From a virus (taxonomy: Duplodnaviria > Heunggongvirae > Uroviricota > Caudoviricetes), in IMG/VR virus record IMGVR_UViG_2579778660_000006: a DNA stretch of 6,183 bases. One strand, written 5' to 3'. Below, one piece after another: positions 1-4,887 of this stretch; within the stretch, counting starts at the first letter, position 1, and every line of letters begins with the position of its first letter. The notes beneath the pieces were generated by a model, which had not been told where the DNA came from, did not search any database, and saw only the letters and a list, made by a program, of their open reading frames with translations. The position numbers were made by a program, and so were the translations under genes.

Positions 1-906
1 GTGGATAGCGCACGCGCCCTTATTGCCCGGGGATGGGGAGTAAGCTTAGTCAGCCGTTGTCTCCGGGTGTCGCGTGCGCAGTTGCACGTCATTCTCAGAC
101 GAACCGATGACTGGATGGATGGCCGCCGCAGTCGTCACACTGATGATACGGATGTGCTTCTCCGTATACACCATGTTATCGGAGAGCTGCCCACGTATGG
201 TTATCGTCGGGTATGGGCGCTGCTTCGCAGACAGGCAGAACTTGATGGTATGCCTGCGATCAATGCCAAACGTGTTTACCGGATCATGCGCCAGAATGCG
301 CTGTTGCTTGAGCGAAAACCTGCTGTACCGCCATCGAAACGGGCACATACAGGCAGAGTGGCCGTGAAAGAAAGCAATCAGCGATGGTGCTCTGACGGGT
401 TCGAGTTCTGCTGTGATAACGGAGAGAGACTGCGTGTCACGTTCGCGCTGGACTGCTGTGATCGTGAGGCACTGCACTGGGCGGTCACTACCGGCGGCTT
501 CAACAGTGAAACAGTACAGGACGTCATGCTGGGAGCGGTGGAACGCCGCTTCGGCAACGATCTTCCGTCGTCTCCAGTGGAGTGGCTGACGGATAATGGT
601 TCATGCTACCGGGCTAATGAAACACGCCAGTTCGCCCGGATGTTGGGACTTGAACCGAAGAACACGGCGGTGCGGAGTCCGGAGAGTAACGGAATAGCAG
701 AGAGCTTCGTGAAAACGATAAAGCGTGACTACATCAGTATCATGCCCAAACCAGACGGGTTAACGGCAGCAAAGAACCTTGCAGAGGCGTTCGAGCATTA
801 TAACGAATGGCATCCGCATAGTGCGCTGGGTTATCGCTCGCCACGGGAATATCTGCGGCAGCGGGCTTGTAATGGGTTAAGTGATAACAGATGTCTGGAA
901 ATATAG
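1..906 (+). CDS. insD: IS2 transposase OrfB (InsD), DDE integrase-core domain; in intact IS2 it is expressed as an OrfAB fusion by frameshifting
   Basis: 301-aa [24 protein letters not shown]...[11 protein letters not shown], recognised as IS2 InsD. Stop codon 904-906 lies inside the right terminal repeat, as expected for IS2. Confidence 0.93.
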
Positions 907-917
907 GGGCAAATCCA
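877..917. repeat. IS2 right terminal inverted repeat (about 41 bp, extent approximate)
   Basis: Terminal sequence ...TAGGGGCAAATCCA ends at 917. IS2 terminal repeats are about 41 bp. The left repeat is outside the window, so pairing cannot be shown here. Confidence 0.7.
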
Positions 918-1098
918 CCCACTCCCCCAAACCAATAAAAAAGATGCCGGAGGACAAAAAACCCAATGGAACAACGGGATATCTGTCAAAAAAAGACGTT
1001 CCATTAAAGACAAACAACGCAGCGCCAACAACTGTAAGCGCTTTATACCAGTAATCAATTTTCATGTTCTTAAGCGGATTTATTGGTGGTTGCGACAT
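918..1098 (-). pseudogene. 5' fragment (first 60 codons) of a small membrane-protein gene with two predicted transmembrane helices, interrupted by the IS2 insertion
   Basis: Minus-strand ORF starts at ATG 1098-1096 and reads MSQPPINPLKNMKIDYWYKALTVVGAALFVFNGTSFFDRYPVVPLGFLSSGIFFIGLGEW. It then runs straight into IS2 terminal-repeat sequence at 917, where the frame continues 13 codons to a stop inside IS2. Two clean hydrophobic segments support a real gene. An SD-like AAGGA sits 11 nt upstream of the ATG. Identity unknown. Confidence 0.4.
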
Positions 1099-1107
1099 TG
1101 CTTAATG

Positions 1108-1137
1108 AATCCTTAAAACTGTGGTGATTTTAAGGAT
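1108..1137. promoter_or_regulatory. Inverted repeat ATCCTTAAAA-N9-TTTTAAGGAT (10-bp arms, 11 bp counting the flanking pair), candidate operator or SD-sequestering hairpin in the divergent region
   Basis: Arms 1109-1118 and 1128-1137 are exact reverse complements and extend one further base pair outward (1108/1138). On the minus-strand transcript one arm contains the AAGGA Shine-Dalgarno-like element of the 918-1098 gene. Confidence 0.3.
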
Positions 1138-1375
1138 ACCACCTCGCCTGACGTGGTTAAAAGCAGGCACACAACACGAAAGCGCACGGCGAAGTTCGTC
1201 TCACTGTACGGTGTCGTTAAATTTAATTCGACCGTGCGCTTCCGGTTGTGGCAACCCGCGAAATGGCGCGGCGGTAAGTATGGCGGGGGTATTCCTTCCC
1301 CGTTGAGGACACCGAGTTGTCAGGTTGACCATACGCTTAAGTGACAACCCCGCTGCAACGCCCTCTGTTATCAAT

Positions 1376-1428
1376 TTTCTGGTGACGTTTGGCGGTATCA
1401 GTTTTACTCCGTGACTGCTCTGCCGCCG
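1376..1428 (+). ncRNA. dicF: DicF-family Hfq-dependent small RNA (prophage-encoded antisense inhibitor of ftsZ translation)
   Basis: TTTCTGGTGACGTTTGGCGGTATCAGTTTTACTCCGTGACTGCTCTGCCGCCG matches my recollection of the 53-nt E. coli DicF over its whole length, with possibly one difference at the last base. It is followed by TTTTT. Gene order dicF-dicB-ydfD and the ~174 bp dicF-dicB spacer match the Qin prophage dic operon. Confidence 0.85.
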
Positions 1429-1433
1429 TTTTT
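1391..1433 (+). terminator. DicF 3' stem-loop plus U-tract (intrinsic-terminator-like 3' end)
   Basis: GGCGG (1391-1395) pairs with CCGCC (1423-1427), enclosing an internal structured region, followed by T5 at 1429-1433. Confidence 0.55.
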
Positions 1434-1602
1434 AAAGTGAATTTTGTGATGCGGTGAATGCGGCTAAGCGCACGCGGAACAGTTAAAACCAAAAACAGTG
1501 TTATGGGTGGATTCTCTGTATCCGGCGTTAATTGTTAACTGGTTAACGTCACCTGGAGGCACCAGGCACTGCATCACAAAATTCATTGTTGAGGACGCGA
1601 TA

Positions 1603-1791
1603 ATGAAAACGTTATTACCAAACGTTAATACGTCTGAAGGTTGTTTTGAAATTGGTGTCACTATCAGTAACCCTGTATTTACTGAAGATGCCATTAACAA
1701 GAGAAAACAAGAACGGGAGCTATTAAATAAAATATGCATTGTTTCAATGCTGGCTCGTTTACGTCTGATGCCAAAAGGATGTGCACAATGA
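1603..1791 (+). CDS. dicB: DicB cell-division inhibitor (acts through MinC), 62 aa
   Basis: ATG at 1603 preceded by GAGGA (1591-1595, 7-nt spacing). Product MKTLLPNVNTSEGCFEIGVTISNPVFTEDAINKRKQERELLNKICIVSMLARLRLMPKGCAQ matches my recollection of E. coli DicB in sequence and length. The 97-aa ORF from 1498 in the track is an unsupported upstream extension of the same frame. Confidence 0.85.
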   Translation: MKTLLPNVNTSEGCFEIGVTISNPVFTEDAINKRKQERELLNKICIVSMLARLRLMPKGCAQ

Positions 1792-1979
1792 ATTCAGCAT
1801 TTGCGCTTGTTCTGACAGTTTTTCTTGTTTCCGGAGAGCCAGTTGATATTGCAGTCAGTGTTCACAGGACAATGCAGGAGTGTATGACTGCAGCAACCGA
1901 ACAGAAAATTCCCGGTAACTGTTACCCGGTCGATAAAGTTATTCACCAGTATAATATCGAAATCCCGGCAGGTCTTTAA
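1788..1979 (+). CDS. ydfD: YdfD-family small membrane protein (Qin prophage lysis protein family), 63 aa
   Basis: ATG at 1788 overlaps the dicB stop (ATGA, 1788-1791) and is preceded by AAGGA (1775-1779). Product MNSAFALVLTVFLVSGEPVDIAVSVHRTMQECMTAATEQKIPGNCYPVDKVIHQYNIEIPAGL has an N-terminal hydrophobic helix, and its length and sequence fit my recollection of YdfD. Confidence 0.8.
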   Translation: MNSAFALVLTVFLVSGEPVDIAVSVHRTMQECMTAATEQKIPGNCYPVDKVIHQYNIEIPAGL

Positions 1980-2072
1980 AACAGTTCCGTAATAAATATC
2001 CGGTTTCATTCTTATATGCCAGCAATGGCAGGGATTTGTTCATCCTTAAATCTGTCATGAGGTTAAAACAAA

Positions 2073-4544
2073 ATGAGTAAAGTCTTTATTTGCGCCGCTA
2101 TTCCTGACGAACTGGCAACAAGGGAAGAAGGCGCTGTGGCTGTAGCCACAGCCATTGAAGCTGGCGACGAACGCCGTGCTCGAGCAAAATTTCACTGGCA
2201 ATTCCTGGAACATTATCCGGCTGCTCAGGACTGCGCTTATAAATTTATTGTCTGCGAGGATAAACCTGGCATACCCCGCCCTGCCCTCGATTCATGGGAT
2301 GCTGAATATATGCAGGAAAACCGCTGGGATGAGGAGTCTGCTTCTTTTGTCCCGGTTGAGACTGAATCCGATCCGATGAACGTCACTTTTGACAAGCTGG
2401 CCCCTGAAGTACAGAACGCTGTCATGGTTAAGTTCGACACATGTGAAAACATCACCGTTGATATGGTTATTAGCGCACAGGAATTGTTGCAGGAAGACAT
2501 GGCAACATTCGACGGACATATCGTTGAAGCGTTGATGAAAATGCCAGAAGTTAACGCCATGTATCCGGAGCTTAAGTTGCACGCCATTGGGTGGGTTAAG
2601 CATAAATGTATTCCTGGTGCTAAATGGCCCGAAATTCAGGCAGAGATGCGCATCTGGAAAAAACGTCGCGAAGGTGAACGCAAGGAAACCGGAAAATACA
2701 CGTCTATTGTTGATCTCGCCCGCGCCAGAGCCAATCAACAGTACACTGAAAATTCAACAGGAAAAATCAGCCCGGTCATTGCTGCCATTCATCGCGAATA
2801 CAAGCAGACATGGAAAACACTGGATGACGAACTGGCCTACGCTCTCTGGCCTGGTGATGTGGATGCCGGAAACATTGACGGCAGCATCCATCGCTGGGCA
2901 AAAAATGAAGTTATCGATAACGACCGCGAAGACTGGAAGCGTATCTCGGCATCAATGCGCAAACAGCCTGATGCCCTTCGCTACGACCGCCAAACTATTT
3001 TTGGCCTTGTCCGTGAACGTCCGATCGACATTCACAAAGATCCCGTAGCACTGAACAAATATATCTGCGAATACCTGACGACAAAGGGCGTGTTTGAGAA
3101 TGAAGAAACAGACCTGGGCACTGTTGATGTTCTCCAGTCATCAGAAACACAAACTGATGCAGTGGAAACTGAGGTATCTGATATCCCAAAAAATGAAACC
3201 GCGCCGGAAGCTGAACCATCTGTAGAGCGTGAGGGGCCGTTCTATTTCCTCTTCGCAGATAAGGACGGAGAAAAATACGGTCGCGCAAACAAACTTTCTG
3301 GTCTGGATAAGGCACTGGCTGCTGGCGCCACTGAAATCACAAAAGAAGAATATTTTGCCCGAAAAAATGGCACATACACGGGCTTACCGCAAAATGTAGA
3401 TACCGCTGAAGATTCAGAACAACCAGAGCCGATAAAAGTTACCGCTGACGAAGTAAACAAAATTATGCAGGCAGCCAATATCATCCAGCCTGACGCCGAT
3501 AAGTTGCTTGCTGCATCACGTGGTGAATTTGTTGAAGGGATTAGTGACCCGAATGATCCGAAATGGGTTAAGGGGATCCAGACCCGCGATTCTGTGAACC
3601 AGAACCAGCATGAATCGGAACGGAACTACCAAAAAGCGGAACAAAACAGCCCAAATGCGTTACAAAACGAGCCAGAAACGAAACAGCCTGAATCAGTGGC
3701 GCAACAGGAAGTGGAAAAAGTCTGCACCGCCTGCGGTCAGACCGGCGGCGGCAACTGCCCTGATTGTGGCGCGGTAATGGGCGACGCAACATACCAGGAA
3801 ACATTCGATGAAGAGTATCAGGTTGAAGTTCAGGAAGATGATCCGGAGAAAATGGAAGGCGCTGAACATCCACACAAGGAGAACACTGGCGGCAATCAGC
3901 ATCACGATAGCGATAATGAAACTGGCGAGACGGCAGATCACTCAATTAAGGTGAACGGTCATCACGAAATCACATCCACCAGCAGGACGTGTGACCATCT
4001 AATGATCGACCTTGAAACCATGGGAAAAAATCCTGATGCCCCGATCATCTCAATAGGTGCAATATTTTTCGATCCGCAAACCGGAGATATGGGACCGGAA
4101 TTTAGTAAGACTATCGATCTGGAAACTGCTGGCGGAGTCATTGATCGGGACACCATTAAATGGTGGCTTAAGCAATCACGCGAAGCGCAATCTGCCATTA
4201 TGACCGATGAAATCCCGTTAGATGATGCACTGTTACAATTGCGGGAATTTATCGACGAAAACTCCGGTGAATTTTTTGTTCAGGTCTGGGGAAATGGAGC
4301 CAACTTCGACAACACGATTTTGCGCCGTTCATACGAACGGCAGGGGATCCCCTGCCCGTGGCGTTACTACAACGATCGCGATGTACGCACAATCGTTGAG
4401 CTGGGGAAAGCCATAGACTTCGATGCCAGAACGGCTATTCAATTCGAAGGTGAGCGCCATAATGCACTTGATGACGCCCGTTACCAGGCAAAATACGTTT
4501 CAGTTATCTGGCAAAAACTGATCCCGAGTCAGGTTGATTCTTAA
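2073..4544 (+). CDS. Large prophage early-region protein (823 aa): N-terminal domain of unknown function, acidic linker, Cys4 zinc ribbon, His-rich linker, C-terminal DEDDh (DnaQ/RNase T/Rv2179c-like) 3'-5' exonuclease domain
   Basis: Uninterrupted 2472-nt ORF with GAGG about 10 nt upstream of the ATG. The C-terminal ~180 aa carry DEDDh motifs in the right order: Exo I MIDLETMG (D646, E648), Exo II WGNGANFDNTIL (D746), Exo III HNALDDARY (H796, D801). CTACGQTGGGNCPDCG (aa 551-566) is a CxxC-N7-CxxC ribbon. Residues 477-506 (KLLAASRGEFVEGISDPNDPKWVKGIQTRD) resemble a segment I associate with Rac RecE, and the N-terminal ~300 aa resemble what I recall of the truncated K-12 ydfE product. Both recollections are unverified. 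Confidence 0.9.
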   Translation: MSKVFICAAIPDELATREEGAVAVATAIEAGDERRARAKFHWQFLEHYPAAQDCAYKFIVCEDKPGIPRPALDSWDAEYMQENRWDEESASFVPVETESDPMNVTFDKLAPEVQNAVMVKFDTCENITVDMVISAQELLQEDMATFDGHIVEALMKMPEVNAMYPELKLHAIGWVKHKCIPGAKWPEIQAEMRIWKKRREGERKETGKYTSIVDLARARANQQYTENSTGKISPVIAAIHREYKQTWKTLDDELAYALWPGDVDAGNIDGSIHRWAKNEVIDNDREDWKRISASMRKQPDALRYDRQTIFGLVRERPIDIHKDPVALNKYICEYLTTKGVFENEETDLGTVDVLQSSETQTDAVETEVSDIPKNETAPEAEPSVEREGPFYFLFADKDGEKYGRANKLSGLDKALAAGATEITKEEYFARKNGTYTGLPQNVDTAEDSEQPEPIKVTADEVNKIMQAANIIQPDADKLLAASRGEFVEGISDPNDPKWVKGIQTRDSVNQNQHESERNYQKAEQNSPNALQNEPETKQPESVAQQEVEKVCTACGQTGGGNCPDCGAVMGDATYQETFDEEYQVEVQEDDPEKMEGAEHPHKENTGGNQHHDSDNETGETADHSIKVNGHHEITSTSRTCDHLMIDLETMGKNPDAPIISIGAIFFDPQTGDMGPEFSKTIDLETAGGVIDRDTIKWWLKQSREAQSAIMTDEIPLDDALLQLREFIDENSGEFFVQVWGNGANFDNTILRRSYERQGIPCPWRYYNDRDVRTIVELGKAIDFDARTAIQFEGERHNALDDARYQAKYVSVIWQKLIPSQVDS

Positions 4545-4555
4545 TGTTCAACTGT

Positions 4556-4587
4556 CGCCGGTTGTGACTGGTATTCTGCAACCGGCG
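4556..4587 (+). other. GC-rich stem-loop (9-bp stem CGCCGGTTG/CAACCGGCG, 14-nt loop) just downstream of the 823-aa gene; not followed by a U-tract
   Basis: 4556-4564 is the exact reverse complement of 4579-4587. No T-run follows, so it is not a canonical intrinsic terminator. It may be an RNA processing or stability element, or a protein binding site. Confidence 0.4.
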
Positions 4588-4616
4588 CTCGTCTAATGTA
4601 AGAGATAAAGAAATCG

Positions 4617-4868
4617 ATGAGCGAAGTAATCATGATTGTCTCTCCCGGCAAATGGGTATCCGAAGAGCAGTTAATTGCGCTGAAAGGAATAAAAAAAGGT
4701 ACGTTAAAAAAGGCCCGGGAAAAATCGTTTATGGAAGGAAGGGAATATAAGCATGTCGCTCATGACGGTATGCCATGGGATAACAGTCCATGCTTTTACA
4801 ACCTGGAAGAAATTGATCGCTGGATTGAGCGCCAGGCATCAGCAAGACCAAGACGTCATCTTACTTGA
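4617..4868 (+). CDS. xis: Excisionase-like protein (lambda Xis-type winged-helix recombination directionality factor), 83 aa
   Basis: Small ORF immediately upstream of and co-oriented with the integrase. The segment KKAREKSFMEGREYKHVAHDG resembles the conserved GREY(L/K) wing region of lambda Xis. The start is uncertain: ATG 4617 has a weak RBS, and ATG 4632 is an alternative. Confidence 0.65.
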   Translation: MSEVIMIVSPGKWVSEEQLIALKGIKKGTLKKAREKSFMEGREYKHVAHDGMPWDNSPCFYNLEEIDRWIERQASARPRRHLT

Positions 4869-4887
4869 CTAAAAGCCACACTAACTA

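Larger units (their letters stand above)
1..917 (+). mobile_element. IS2 insertion sequence (IS3 family), 3' portion only; the 5' part including insC lies left of the window
   Basis: Positions 1-917 match my recollection of canonical IS2 from the start of the OrfB reading frame (GTGGATAGCGCACGCGCCC...) to the element terminus ...GGAAATATAGGGGCAAATCCA at 917. Sequence character changes abruptly after 917. Recalled, not database-verified. Confidence 0.92.

Noticed and set aside
74-367. 97-aa plus-strand ORF in an alternative frame within insD
   Set aside because: Fully nested in the transposase frame with Cys/Arg-rich low-complexity translation. No independent support.
46-477. 143-aa minus-strand ORF inside IS2
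   Set aside because: Antisense to the IS2 OrfB reading frame. Canonical IS2 has no gene here, so this is an overlap artefact of an open reverse frame.
740-1058. Minus-strand ORFs 740-922 and 831-1058 spanning the IS2 junction
   Set aside because: They cross the IS2 terminus and overlap both insD (antisense) and the better-supported 918-1098 frame. They are chimeric read-throughs, not genes.
1121-1344. Two overlapping basic small ORFs (61 and 63 aa) upstream of dicF, the second with an Arg-rich N-terminus that could mimic an N-type antiterminator motif
   Set aside because: GTG starts without a Shine-Dalgarno sequence, rare Arg codons (AGG, CGA), and low-complexity translation. More likely a non-coding leader or promoter region. 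The antiterminator idea is speculative and cannot be supported from sequence alone.
1331-1350. boxA-like sequence ACGCTTAAG suggesting a nut site upstream of dicF
   Set aside because: Only a partial match to the CGCTCTTA consensus, and no adjacent boxB-type hairpin with a purine-rich loop.
1498-1791. 97-aa extended form of the dicB ORF
   Set aside because: The upstream 35 codons have no RBS and are not part of the DicB sequence as I recall it. The internal ATG at 1603 has a good GAGGA RBS and gives the expected 62-aa product.
1734-1979. 81-aa extended form of the ydfD ORF
   Set aside because: The extension would overlap dicB in another frame for 18 codons. The ATG at 1788 with AAGGA upstream and ATGA coupling gives the expected 63-aa product.
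1464-2009. Minus-strand ORFs 1464-1739 (91 aa) and 1794-2009 (71 aa)
   Set aside because: Antisense to dicB and ydfD and to the processed dicF-dicB spacer. No RBS and no recognisable domain.
2155-4416. Ten 64-153-aa ORFs on both strands nested within the 823-aa gene
   Set aside because: All lie entirely inside the long uninterrupted 2073-4544 frame, whose product has coherent domain architecture. They are alternative-frame artefacts.
2073-4544. Calling the 823-aa protein RecE (exonuclease VIII)
   Set aside because: Position in the operon and one internal segment recall RecE, but the C-terminal catalytic domain has DEDDh 3'-5' exonuclease motifs rather than the PD-(D/E)XK fold of the RecE 5'-3' exonuclease. 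Assigning the recE name would therefore mislabel its chemistry.
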